Of a stretch of 64,000 nucleotides of DNA, positions 19,331-28,873 are shown one piece after another. How positions within the stretch are numbered: the stretch's first letter is position 1; every line of letters starts with the position of its first letter. This stretch comes from Candidatus Eremiobacteria bacterium (GTDB lineage: Bacteria > Vulcanimicrobiota > Vulcanimicrobiia > Vulcanimicrobiales > Vulcanimicrobiaceae): the NCBI GenBank assembly GCA_963737065.1, contig CAVTRC010000001.1, positions 1,824,001 through 1,888,000 of the forward strand. Direction: 5' to 3'. The notes under the pieces are model-generated. The model was not told the DNA's origin and searched no databases. It saw only the letters and a program-made list of their open reading frames with translations. The position numbers were made by a program, and so were the translations under genes.

Positions 19331-20371
19331 GTGACGTTTGGGGCAAGTTTGTTGCTCGTTCTTTCCGTTGCGCTCCCGTGGTACGCACCACCGTCGATTC
19401 GTGTCACGACGAGGCCGATTGTATTCAGGAACGCGGGCGCGACGTTACACGGCACGCTCTTTCTACCGGCGTCGAGGGTTCCGGTACCGGCGGTGATTGT
19501 GTTTCATGGCGCATCGGAGCCGCTGGCCGGTACGCCGTTGTATCGGCATCTCAGCGACGGACTTCCGCAGCTCGGGATTGCGGTACTCTTGTACGATCGC
19601 CGCGGAAACGGCGCATCGAGCGGATCCCCGGACGTTCCCTACGAGACGCTCGCCGACGATGGTATCGCGGCGGCGCGCATATTGCGCGCAATGCCGCAGA
19701 TCGACGCCAAACGCGTCGGCTATTGGGGTGTGAGTCAAGGTGGATGGCTCGCATCGTTTGCCGCTACCCGTGATCCGAATGCGGCCTTTGCGATCGCCGT
19801 GTCCGCTCCGTTGACGACACCCGAGTCGCAAATGGAATTTGCCGACACGAACCGCCTCGATGTTCTCGGATATTCGAGCGCGGATGTGAACGATATGCTC
19901 GCTGCTCGAAAGGCGTGGACCGGATACTTGCGCGGCGCGAATTCACGCGCGGACGCGGTCGCCGCGATCGCGAAGATCGAAAAGCGGCCATGGTATCAGT
20001 ACATGTACATGCCGACCGTCGCACAACTGAAGGGACCGTCGCAATCCGTATGGCGAACGCAGATGGATGACGACCCGATGGCCGTCGTGAGCCGCGTGAA
20101 AATTCCGATGCTCTTTATTCTGGGATCATCGGATCCGTGGATTCCGGTCGCCAAGACTGCGGCGGCGTTGAAAACTCTTGCTGCGACACACGCCAATATA
20201 CGGTATGCCGTCGTTCCGAACGCTAATCACTTGATGATGATACCGCCCGTGCCGGAACGGATGGCCGACGCAGGCCCCGATGCGGTAAACAGCGAGGTGC
20301 CGCAGTCAGCGACGTATTTCATGATGCTGGGAAGCTGGATCACGCGCGCGACCGCCATTTCGGCGCCGTGA
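19331..20371 (+). CDS. Alpha/beta hydrolase (S9/S15-like), probably exported
   Basis: YDRRGNGAS, GVSQGG nucleophile elbow, GSSD, ANH. Confidence 0.85.
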   Translation: MTFGASLLLVLSVALPWYAPPSIRVTTRPIVFRNAGATLHGTLFLPASRVPVPAVIVFHGASEPLAGTPLYRHLSDGLPQLGIAVLLYDRRGNGASSGSPDVPYETLADDGIAAARILRAMPQIDAKRVGYWGVSQGGWLASFAATRDPNAAFAIAVSAPLTTPESQMEFADTNRLDVLGYSSADVNDMLAARKAWTGYLRGANSRADAVAAIAKIEKRPWYQYMYMPTVAQLKGPSQSVWRTQMDDDPMAVVSRVKIPMLFILGSSDPWIPVAKTAAALKTLAATHANIRYAVVPNANHLMMIPPVPERMADAGPDAVNSEVPQSATYFMMLGSWITRATAISAP

Positions 20372-20388
20372 TCCGTCGAGTCGACCTG

Positions 20389-20450
20389 CAACTAATTTAT
20401 TAGTTGACAACCAGCGTCCGGTTCGTTATGCTCTTAAACAATTAGTTTAA
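20389..20450 (+). promoter_or_regulatory. Sigma70 promoter flanked by two palindromic operators
   Basis: TTGACA 20404-20409, 17 bp, TATGCT 20427-20432; CAACTAAT-tt-ATTAGTTG 20389-20406; TTAAAC-aatta-GTTTAA 20434-20450. Confidence 0.8.
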
Positions 20451-20467
20451 CGGACTGGAGATTCCTT

Positions 20468-22528
20468 GTGCTTTCGATGCTCGTGCCCGTAACGCAAACG
20501 GCCCCGCCGCTGGCCCCGACCGCGACGGATCCGGGTTGGCCGGCGCCCGCAATTCCGCTCAAATGGGATGTCGCACATGGGCGGCCGGCGCAAGACCCCA
20601 CCACCGTGCACGTGACGACGGACGGGAACATGATTTACGTCCGCTTCGATGCGCAGCAAAGCAACCCCATTATCGCAACACAGCATGGCGACGACTTGAT
20701 CACCGGCGGAAGCAATGCGAACGGCGGGATCTCGTGGAGCGCAGACGATGCCGTGTGGATCGACTTGTGGCCGAACGGGCCCGGCGGTTTCGAATATCAA
20801 TTCGAGTCGAACCCCGCGGGCGCGCACAACGAAGCGTCTACGGAGAACGCGGCATTCGCTCCGTATTGGCAATCCCAGGGCAGCATCCACGGCAACAGCT
20901 ACACGGTCACGATGGCGATTCCGATGCGTGTGATTCACGGCGCGAAAGCGGGCGCGTGGCGTTTGCAGTTCGTTCGCTACGAACGCGCCAGTGGCGATCT
21001 CGACGTGTGGTCGTATGAGACGGCGCAGACGCAGCCGGACGACTCGGCTCGCGCCGGGAGCGTACAAATTCCGCTCGTCGCCAAAGCGCCCATTCCTAAA
21101 CCGCGCGCAGCGATTTACGGACTTGCGGCGGTCGTCTCACCGGCAATCGGTGGATCGACGTCGCGTATGGGCGCCGACTTTTCAATTCCCGTCACGCCGA
21201 CGGCCGCGTTCTTCGGCACATTCCATCCGGATTATTCCAATGTCGAACTCGACCAGCAATCGATTTCACCGACGGTTTATCAACGAACGTATAGTGAGGT
21301 TCGCCCGTTTTTCACGCAAGCTGCATCGTACTACAACAACTTCAATTGCAACGTCTGCAACGGTTTTCGCACAACGCTCTACACACCGGCAATTCCGACT
21401 CCGCGTGAAGGGTATGCGTTCGAAGGGAAAGATGGTCTCTTCGGGCTTGCCGCGTACGATGCGATTGGCGACCAGCGTACCGACATTGCGAGTGCGCTGA
21501 CATACACTTCGCCGGACACGCATTGGCAGGCGGCGGCGCAACATGTCGGCGCGAACCTTCCCGGCCTGGTCGATGACGCGAACGAAGTCGGCGTGAACTG
21601 GTATAACGGCCGTCACTTGAGCGCGTACGTCAATTATGCGACGGATCGCGGAACGAACGTGCTCGATCCCGGTCAAGGAAACTGGATCGACGCGGGCGGC
21701 GGTTGGGGCGATCAGCATTTCGCGCTTTACGGCTCGGTGCGCAGCGTCGGCACGTATTTCAACCCCGTCGACGGATTCGACTCGCATCCCGGTATCGCGG
21801 GCTATGGCCTCTACACCGCGCGCATCTGGACCTTCGCGGATAAGGACATCTTGCACTCGGCCGGCATCGATTTCTTCATGGATCGCTATCAAGGAACGCA
21901 GTACGGAGAAGCACAGAGCGACAACTCGGCGCTCTTGGATCTGCTGTTCAAGAACACGCTCGACGTGCAACTCTTCACGGGTTCGGATTATTGGCGGTTC
22001 GATCAAACGCTGACGCCGATCTCACAGAACGGCGGTTTCAGCGTTACGTATCACAGCGGCATGCAGAACAACGTGGGCAACTTCCCGTCGCACGGTGCGT
22101 CCTCGTACCCGACGCAGGTGCAATATTACACCGGACGCTACGGCCTGGGGCGGCTCGACACGTGGTTCCGTTCTTCCGTCCTACGGATGGGCGAGCGCGG
22201 TACAATCACGCTGACGCTTGACAATACATCGCAGTGGTATTCGCAGTTGCCAAACAACATTCAGTGGTTCGAAGGCATTGCTTACGCATATCAAATCACG
22301 CACAACTCATCGCTTGCGGTCGGCCTGCGCCGTATCGTCGGCTATCCCCCGCAGCCAAACGGCGGCGGTAACTGTGAAGGCGTTTGCTCGAACGTCTCGG
22401 TCGCGTATCATTTGCGATGGAAAAATTACGAGTTGTACGCCGCGTACGGTGACCCGAACGCGCTCATCACCGTTCCTCAGGCGATTTTCAAGCTGATCTT
22501 CTACGCGGGCAGCGAGAAGGGCACGTAG
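20468..22528 (+). CDS. CBM9-like sugar-binding domain plus DUF5916-like beta-barrel protein
   Basis: DDAVWIDL..YQFESNPAG, YTVTMAIP, HPDYSNVELD, EVRPFFTQ; GGAG SD. Confidence 0.7.
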   Translation: MLSMLVPVTQTAPPLAPTATDPGWPAPAIPLKWDVAHGRPAQDPTTVHVTTDGNMIYVRFDAQQSNPIIATQHGDDLITGGSNANGGISWSADDAVWIDLWPNGPGGFEYQFESNPAGAHNEASTENAAFAPYWQSQGSIHGNSYTVTMAIPMRVIHGAKAGAWRLQFVRYERASGDLDVWSYETAQTQPDDSARAGSVQIPLVAKAPIPKPRAAIYGLAAVVSPAIGGSTSRMGADFSIPVTPTAAFFGTFHPDYSNVELDQQSISPTVYQRTYSEVRPFFTQAASYYNNFNCNVCNGFRTTLYTPAIPTPREGYAFEGKDGLFGLAAYDAIGDQRTDIASALTYTSPDTHWQAAAQHVGANLPGLVDDANEVGVNWYNGRHLSAYVNYATDRGTNVLDPGQGNWIDAGGGWGDQHFALYGSVRSVGTYFNPVDGFDSHPGIAGYGLYTARIWTFADKDILHSAGIDFFMDRYQGTQYGEAQSDNSALLDLLFKNTLDVQLFTGSDYWRFDQTLTPISQNGGFSVTYHSGMQNNVGNFPSHGASSYPTQVQYYTGRYGLGRLDTWFRSSVLRMGERGTITLTLDNTSQWYSQLPNNIQWFEGIAYAYQITHNSSLAVGLRRIVGYPPQPNGGGNCEGVCSNVSVAYHLRWKNYELYAAYGDPNALITVPQAIFKLIFYAGSEKGT

Positions 22529-22544
22529 GCACGATCATCCGGAC

Positions 22545-22994
22545 CTATAGCGAGAACTTCAATGCCAGCACGCCGGCGGTTCCGCCGCCGGCCGCGGTGG
22601 TGTGATAGCCGCGCAGTTCGATTGTCGTCAATGGAGCGATGCGGTGATCGAGAAATGCCGTCAGCGTCCCGCCGGAGTGCGCGCCGCCGAATTGTCCGAA
22701 ACCGTACCCGACGCCGATCGCATTACCGCCGCCCGCGGCGAACGTTCCATCGAGCGTCACCGCATATCCGCCGCCGCGCGCAAGCGGTGCGAAACCCGTA
22801 ACCCCGACGCTTACCGGAATGACGGGAATGCTTGCGCCGGTACTCAGCAGTAAACCGGCGCCGGTTGCGCTCGAGCCGTTTCCGCCGCTCGTATACATGC
22901 CGCCTCCGATCGATCCTTGCGCGAATGCCGGTGCGGCCGTGAACGAGCATGCGAGCGAACATAACAGTACGGCGAACGAGGTTTTCAAACACAT
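22545..22994 (-). CDS. Small secreted Gly-rich beta-strand (outer-membrane-like) protein
   Basis: Signal peptide ending AFA; alternating beta strands; terminal LKFSL. Confidence 0.6.
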   Translation of the reverse strand: MCLKTSFAVLLCSLACSFTAAPAFAQGSIGGGMYTSGGNGSSATGAGLLLSTGASIPVIPVSVGVTGFAPLARGGGYAVTLDGTFAAGGGNAIGVGYGFGQFGGAHSGGTLTAFLDHRIAPLTTIELRGYHTTAAGGGTAGVLALKFSL

Positions 22995-23050
22995 AACGCC
23001 GTCGATACTACCCAGAGCGGCTGAGATTACACTTGAACGCAATCGTTCCG

Positions 23051-24496
23051 TTACGGGCGCACTTCGATCAGTGTGTTTGCCAATCGTTTGAGTGCATCGA
23101 GCGTGCGCACGACATCATCGTCGGTCGTACGCTGGTTGACGATACAAACCCGAATTGCCCGCCGGCCGCCGATGGTCGTCGACGAAGTAACGGCTTCCCC
23201 GCTCTCCTGTAGGCGAATAACCAATTCATCGTTGAACGTGTCGATCTGCGATTCGCTCATGCCCGGGCGGCGATAGCGGAAGCAGACGATGTTGAGCTGG
23301 ACGGGCGCGAGCAGCTCGAAGCTGTGATCGCCGTCGACGAGGTCGGCGAGAAGCCGCGCTTGACGGCAGTTCTCTTCCATTGCGCGTCCGATGGCAAGCG
23401 AGCCATGTTCTTTCAGCGTAAACCAGACTTTGAGCGCGCGAAAACCGCGCGAAAGGTCGATCGTGAAATCGGTAAACCACGGCTGGCCGCTCGCAAGCCC
23501 GCGCGGCATGCGTGTGAGATAGTTCGGCGTCGATGCGAACGCCGAACGATGCAACCGCGGGTCGCGAACGATCAAGCAGCCGGCGTCGTACTGCACGTGA
23601 ATCCATTTGTGGAAATCGAATGCGATCGAATCGGCGCGTTCGATTCCGGAAAATCTCCGCGCGAGAACGGGCGACATCACGGCGGTTGCACCGAACGCGC
23701 CGTCGACGTGATACCACAGGCGCTCACGCGCCGCAAGGTCGGCGAGTTCGTTCAGCGGATCGATCGCGCCGACGTCCACTGTTCCCGCATTGCCGACGAT
23801 GAGAAACGGGCGATACCCGGCCGTGCGATCTTCGGCGATCGCCCGTGCGATAAGTGCGGGATCCACGCGATGCAGTGAATCGGCCGGCAACACACGCAGC
23901 GAATCGCTTCCGAGCCCCGCGACTTCGAACGCGCGCCGAACGCATCCATGCGTTGCAGACGACGCATAGCCGATCAATCGCCCTTCGTTCGTCACTCCGG
24001 TCGCGCGAACGTTCGGCACCGCCTGCATGCGAGCGGCGAGCACGGCGATCAGATTCGCCGCCGATGTTCCGACCGTGAGTACACCGCTCGCATCGGCTGG
24101 AAAGCCGAAGAGTTCGCAAAACCATCCGACGACTGCGCGTTCGACGAAGACCGCGCCGTGGTTGCGTCCGCCGACATTCGGATTCATCGCGGCTGCGAGC
24201 ATCTCGGCCAGCATGCCGGTCGGCGTGCCGGTTCCCTGCACCCAACCGAAGAACCGCGGGTGAATGTTTCCGCTGTTGTACGGAAAGATCGACGCAGCGA
24301 ATTGCCGGTAGACGTCCGCGAGCGGCGTCGGTTCGAGGGGCAACGGTTCGGCAAGCGCCGCCGCGACGTCGTCCGGCATCGGCTGCCAGGCGTTCTGCTC
24401 GCGCACGTGCTCCAGATAATCGATGGCATCGTCGAGCGCCGCATGGCTCAAGGCGCGAAACGCTGCCCAATCCTTTGGGTCCAGCACGGTGACCAT
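23051..24496 (-). CDS. PLP-dependent aromatic-amino-acid-type decarboxylase
   Basis: LDPKDW, HPRFFGWV, AGTVDVGAID, HVDGAFG, ADSIAFDFHKW. Confidence 0.93.
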   Translation of the reverse strand: MVTVLDPKDWAAFRALSHAALDDAIDYLEHVREQNAWQPMPDDVAAALAEPLPLEPTPLADVYRQFAASIFPYNSGNIHPRFFGWVQGTGTPTGMLAEMLAAAMNPNVGGRNHGAVFVERAVVGWFCELFGFPADASGVLTVGTSAANLIAVLAARMQAVPNVRATGVTNEGRLIGYASSATHGCVRRAFEVAGLGSDSLRVLPADSLHRVDPALIARAIAEDRTAGYRPFLIVGNAGTVDVGAIDPLNELADLAARERLWYHVDGAFGATAVMSPVLARRFSGIERADSIAFDFHKWIHVQYDAGCLIVRDPRLHRSAFASTPNYLTRMPRGLASGQPWFTDFTIDLSRGFRALKVWFTLKEHGSLAIGRAMEENCRQARLLADLVDGDHSFELLAPVQLNIVCFRYRRPGMSESQIDTFNDELVIRLQESGEAVTSSTTIGGRRAIRVCIVNQRTTDDDVVRTLDALKRLANTLIEVRP

Positions 24497-24551
24497 GTTC
24501 GTGTTGTTGTCCCGACGACCCGCGTCGCGGGCACTTCGATTGATTGCCAAG

Positions 24552-25655
24552 ATGACCGCGCTGCTCGTCGTTTCCGCATTAGCGATCGTCACTTCACTGT
24601 GCGCGATGTCGGCGTGGCGCGCGCACGCGCGCCTTCGAGATCGTCATCGGTACATCGACGCACTGCATGCCCGCGAAGAGTTTGTGCTCGAAGCGATGCG
24701 TGAATGTATGGACGCTTCCCGGGTTTCGTCCGACGAGGTGATCGAACGTTTATCGCAGGCCATTCGCCGGCGTCAACCGGAGATCGACGCCGTGCTCGCC
24801 TTCGCACCGCGCGGTGAAGAGCTTGCAGCATTTTACGCGCGAGGCCAGCGCGTCGAACACTTCGGGCACATGCGCTTACGCAGAGACACGGAAACGTTCT
24901 TGCCCGCACGCGCTGCGCTTGCGGGGCATCGTGCGGCCGGAAGTACGGGCGTCATCATTCCGACCGATCGCTATGCGCTTGCCGTGCCGATGCAAGACCG
25001 CGGCGAGTTGCACGCCGTCATCTATTGTTCGTCTACAAGCCTTTTAGGCATCGGACAAGAGGACGCGATCGTGCGAACGATCGAACACGCCGCATCGCCC
25101 TACGCGCTCGCAGTCGAACGCGAGAGCGATCGCGCTGATGCAACGTTCGACGGGTTGACCGGATTGCTTACGCCGCGCGCATTTCGTGAACGGTTACGAT
25201 GCGACGTCGCACGGTTGCATGTGCGCGCGCGCGGCGTGCTATCCTTGTGGTTCATCGATACGGATTATTTTAAGAGCGTGAACGATACGTACGGGCATGC
25301 TGTGGGCGATCGCGTGCTCCAGAAGATGGCGTCACTCCTTCGTGGACACATTATTGCGGATATCGACGTGGCCGCGCGCAACGGTGGAGACGAATTTTGC
25401 GCGATCGTCTACGACGTACAGAAGACCGTTGCGATCGAACGCGCGCAAGCGCTGTGTGACGCGGTGCGGCGCGCGGACTTCGGTGTTCCGTTACCGTTGA
25501 CGGCGAGCGTCGGTGTCGCGTCGCTTCCGTTCGATGCTGACGATCCAAGCGAATTGCTCGAGATCGCCGATGCAGCGATGTATCACAGTAAGCGTTCCGG
25601 CCGCGATCGCGTCTCGTTTGCCGTGAACGGGGCAAGCTTTTCGGTCTATCGGTAA
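24552..25655 (+). CDS. Membrane-anchored GAF-like plus GGDEF diguanylate cyclase
   Basis: N-terminal TM, DGLTGL, DTDYFKSVNDTYGH..GD, ARNGGDEF, ADAAMY. Confidence 0.92.
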   Translation: MTALLVVSALAIVTSLCAMSAWRAHARLRDRHRYIDALHAREEFVLEAMRECMDASRVSSDEVIERLSQAIRRRQPEIDAVLAFAPRGEELAAFYARGQRVEHFGHMRLRRDTETFLPARAALAGHRAAGSTGVIIPTDRYALAVPMQDRGELHAVIYCSSTSLLGIGQEDAIVRTIEHAASPYALAVERESDRADATFDGLTGLLTPRAFRERLRCDVARLHVRARGVLSLWFIDTDYFKSVNDTYGHAVGDRVLQKMASLLRGHIIADIDVAARNGGDEFCAIVYDVQKTVAIERAQALCDAVRRADFGVPLPLTASVGVASLPFDADDPSELLEIADAAMYHSKRSGRDRVSFAVNGASFSVYR

Positions 25656-25712
25656 CTCGCGAGTCGATATTGATTGAAGGCGAGGCGTCGGTCGCGTGCA
25701 ATTGTGCAGACC

Positions 25713-26891
25713 ATGTCTCCACGGCCGAATGCACTGGATCAAGCGGTCAACGCGCTCAGCGACGCGACGCTCCTCTCGCATCCGGCATCGACGCTCGTCG
25801 ATAGCGCACGCGCCGCCGCGGCGGACCGGCTGATCCATTTGATGCTCGGCGGCTGGTTTGTTACGTTCGCGTTGCAGATCGTCGTGCTCGCGTATTTTTG
25901 GCAGTCGGGGCTTGCCGCACGCGTGCGCGACCGGCTTCGCCGGCGTTTCCGTAACGAATTCGCCGTTCGGTTTTTCTTTGGTGCGGTGCTCGGGCTCGTC
26001 GGCCGCGTGGCCGGTCTGCTTCCCGATCTGTACATTTATCGCGTTCAGCGGACGATGGGCTTGAGCGATCAGCTGTTGCGCGCGTGGGCAGTTGACTGGA
26101 TTGCGAACACGATCGTCACCATGATCGTTGTCGGCATCGTCGTCGCGATCGCGCTGTGGCTCGTCGATCGAACGCATCAGTGGTACATCTACTTATTATT
26201 CGCGATCGTGATCGCGAGCGCGGGGCTCGCGTTCATTGCGCCGTACGTCGTCTTACCGCGATTCGGGCACTATGCCGACATTCCGGCGGAATACCAGGCG
26301 GATGCGGCGGCGTTGGAAGCGCGCGCGCACGTGAACGTACCGTTGCTGGAACACGTCAACGATCACACGCACTTAGGCGACGCGTACGTCGACGGACTGG
26401 GTCCGTCTCAGCGGATCATTATAAGCGACGCCGTCTTTCAAGCATCGTCGCGACGCGAGGTTCGCTACGCTATTGCGCGTGAACTGGGGTTTATCGCGAT
26501 CGGCGGGCCGTTGCGCATCGCGATTGCCGATGCAGTGTTCGTGATCATCGGCATCGCGCTTGCGGTCGCGATCGCCGATCGCATCGGATTTCGCCGGGAT
26601 GACGATCCGACGGTGCGCCTGGCGCTCGTGGGCGGCCTGCTCGGCGTCATGTATCTGGCGATCGTTCCGTTCAACAATACGATGCTGCGCTCGCTTTCGT
26701 GGGCGAGCGAAGAATACGCACTTACCGTGACCCAAGATCGCGCCGCCGCCGTACGAAGCATCGTGCGCAACGCCGATCAACGTCTCAACGCGGTGTGCGT
26801 CACGGGTGTCGCAGAAACATTTCGGCAAGAGGTTCAGGACCCGGCGCACGCGGTCGAGACCGCGAATCACGTACCGTCCGATTGCCGCTAG
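25713..26891 (+). CDS. M48/Ste24-like membrane protein lacking the zinc motif
   Basis: Multi-TM N-domain, DAYVDGLGPSQRIIISD, ARELGF in place of AHELGH. Confidence 0.8.
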   Translation: MSPRPNALDQAVNALSDATLLSHPASTLVDSARAAAADRLIHLMLGGWFVTFALQIVVLAYFWQSGLAARVRDRLRRRFRNEFAVRFFFGAVLGLVGRVAGLLPDLYIYRVQRTMGLSDQLLRAWAVDWIANTIVTMIVVGIVVAIALWLVDRTHQWYIYLLFAIVIASAGLAFIAPYVVLPRFGHYADIPAEYQADAAALEARAHVNVPLLEHVNDHTHLGDAYVDGLGPSQRIIISDAVFQASSRREVRYAIARELGFIAIGGPLRIAIADAVFVIIGIALAVAIADRIGFRRDDDPTVRLALVGGLLGVMYLAIVPFNNTMLRSLSWASEEYALTVTQDRAAAVRSIVRNADQRLNAVCVTGVAETFRQEVQDPAHAVETANHVPSDCR

Positions 26892-26894
26892 GGG

Positions 26895-27584
26895 CTAACC
26901 CGCGAGGAGCAATCCTCCGGTCACGCGGGTGCCCACGTGCTGAGCCGTTAGCACTTCGATGACCACCGCATGCGCGACGCGGCCGTCGACGATCTGCGCG
27001 GCCGGAATTCCGGCGCGTACGCCGAGTGCGGCGGCGCGGACCGCTGCCCGAAGATCCGGCGGCACACGCTGATCGTCTGCAAGCGCCAGCGCTTCGGCAG
27101 GCGTCAATTCCGCGATGAGCGCTTCGGTTTCAGGGTCCGTGACGCCGCCGTCGCGATGGAAGAAAACCGCGCGCGCCGCATGACAGGCGGTCGCAATAGC
27201 CGCCGCGACGTCGTCGGCGACGACAACCGTGTCGTCGCAATCGAAAACGGTGAACGCGGTCGGTTCAACGACGGGAATGAATCCCGCGCTCGTGAGCGTG
27301 TCGAGAATACGCGTTTGCACGGTGCCGATGCCGCGGGGTCCGTGCGGCAAAAGTGCCGCGTCCGATCCGCTCAACGCAACCGCGATATTCGTGCTCCGAT
27401 TGAACGTGCGAACGATCGTCCGCGCCGTCGCGCGATCGGGCGCTACGACGATCGGACGGAGCGATCGCTCCGCGAGCATGCGCAGATCGTCGATCAAGGT
27501 CGTGTGTTTGTCGCACGCCGTCGCTTCATCGACGCGCACGACAAACGCTTGTCCGCTGAAGTTGCTCGCCTGAATCACCTCCAA
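26895..27584 (-). CDS. Acetylglutamate kinase (ArgB)-like protein, degenerate
   Basis: AVALSGSDA, GFIPVV, ADDVAAAIA, IVDGRVAHA..EVLT..VGT. Confidence 0.75.
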   Translation of the reverse strand: MEVIQASNFSGQAFVVRVDEATACDKHTTLIDDLRMLAERSLRPIVVAPDRATARTIVRTFNRSTNIAVALSGSDAALLPHGPRGIGTVQTRILDTLTSAGFIPVVEPTAFTVFDCDDTVVVADDVAAAIATACHAARAVFFHRDGGVTDPETEALIAELTPAEALALADDQRVPPDLRAAVRAAALGVRAGIPAAQIVDGRVAHAVVIEVLTAQHVGTRVTGGLLLAG

Positions 27585-27611
27585 TCGAGGGCCTTTATCT
27601 CTGTATCGGTT

Positions 27612-28199
27612 CTACCCCGGCTTGCGTGAGAGCTTCCAGTTATTGACGAACTGCATCGCGGGCTCGATTCCTGAATCCAGCCAAAGCCGGGCACCCTCGA
27701 CTCCGGCATCGACGACAGCCGGAAGTTGCGCGCGTTCTTCTGCGCTGAACGGACTCAACACGTGATCGATCGTGTCGAACGCCGGCCGGCCGACGCCGAC
27801 GCGAATCCGCGGAAACTTCTCGCCGATCGTGGCGATCACCGAACGCAAACCGTTGTGGCCGCCGTGTCCACCGAACGGCCGCATTCGCAGCGTGCCAAAC
27901 GGCAAGTCCATCTCATCGACGATCACGAGCACGCTCTCGGCCGGCGTGCGATACCACGAGGAAATCAATCTCACAGGCGTTCCGCTCAAATTCATGAACG
28001 ACGTCGGTTTCACGAGCACGAGCCGGCGATTCGGATCGTACGCCTGCTCCGCGCTGTCTTTGCGCTTCCACGTCGCGATATGCAAACGGCGCGCAAGGTC
28101 GTCGACAACCATGAACCCGGCATTGTGCCGGGTTCGTTCGTATTCTCGTCCGGGATTTCCAAGCCCGACGATCAGCTTCGGCGGTGCTTGCTCCGCTAT
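27612..28199 (-). CDS. pth: Peptidyl-tRNA hydrolase (start codon non-canonical/uncertain)
   Basis: LIVGLGNPGREYERTRHNAGF, KPTSFMNLSG, GHGGHNGLRS, RIRVGVGRP. Confidence 0.93.
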   Translation of the reverse strand: MAEQAPPKLIVGLGNPGREYERTRHNAGFMVVDDLARRLHIATWKRKDSAEQAYDPNRRLVLVKPTSFMNLSGTPVRLISSWYRTPAESVLVIVDEMDLPFGTLRMRPFGGHGGHNGLRSVIATIGEKFPRIRVGVGRPAFDTIDHVLSPFSAEERAQLPAVVDAGVEGARLWLDSGIEPAMQFVNNWKLSRKPG

Positions 28200-28201
28200 C
28201 G

Positions 28202-28849
28202 CTACGTCTCCGGCGTCGCGCCGATGACCTCCGGCGTCGCCTGTTCCGCTCCGGCGCCGGCAGCCGCTTCTTCAAGGTGCTGCGCCGTCTTTGACGGTTC
28301 AACCGAGACGACGATCGTGTCGGCCGGCGTGAGAAGCTTGAAGTGTGGCGGCAATTTCACATCGGCGGCGGTCGCGTGCTGATGAATGCCCAGATCCGTA
28401 ACGTCGATTTCGAAGTGATCCGGCAACTGATCGACGGGGCCTTCGACCTCGACTTCGTGCACGAGCACGTCCATGACGCCGCCGAACTCTTTCACGCCGC
28501 GCGCGACGCCGGCCGCGACGAGCGGAATCGCCGTGCGCACCGCTTCGTGCGCGGAAACGCGCAGCAGGTCGACGTGTTGGATGCCGCGTGTCACCGGATT
28601 GCGCATCACTTGCCGAACGAGTGCGGTGTCAGTATTTTTGCCGTTCATCATCAGCGTGATGACGCCCGTGCGCCCGCCCTGGTGAAGGAGTTCGTCGAAG
28701 GCGCGCAAGTCGAGCGCGATATGCTGCGGCGTCGTGCCGTGCCCGTAGAGTACGGCCGGAATCTTTCCGGCGTGGCGAAGCGCGTTTGCGCCGGTCGTTC
28801 CAAGCCTCTCACGCCGCTCGATCGAGAGCGTCATTTCTTTGCTAGCCAC
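28202..28849 (-). CDS. rplY: 50S ribosomal protein L25/general stress protein Ctc
   Basis: LRHAGKIPAVLYG, IQHVDL, GVKEFGG; AAGGAG SD; prs-rplY-pth synteny. Confidence 0.95.
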   Translation of the reverse strand: MASKEMTLSIERRERLGTTGANALRHAGKIPAVLYGHGTTPQHIALDLRAFDELLHQGGRTGVITLMMNGKNTDTALVRQVMRNPVTRGIQHVDLLRVSAHEAVRTAIPLVAAGVARGVKEFGGVMDVLVHEVEVEGPVDQLPDHFEIDVTDLGIHQHATAADVKLPPHFKLLTPADTIVVSVEPSKTAQHLEEAAAGAGAEQATPEVIGATPET

Positions 28850-28873
28850 GTTGCGTTTCTTCTCCTTGAGTTC

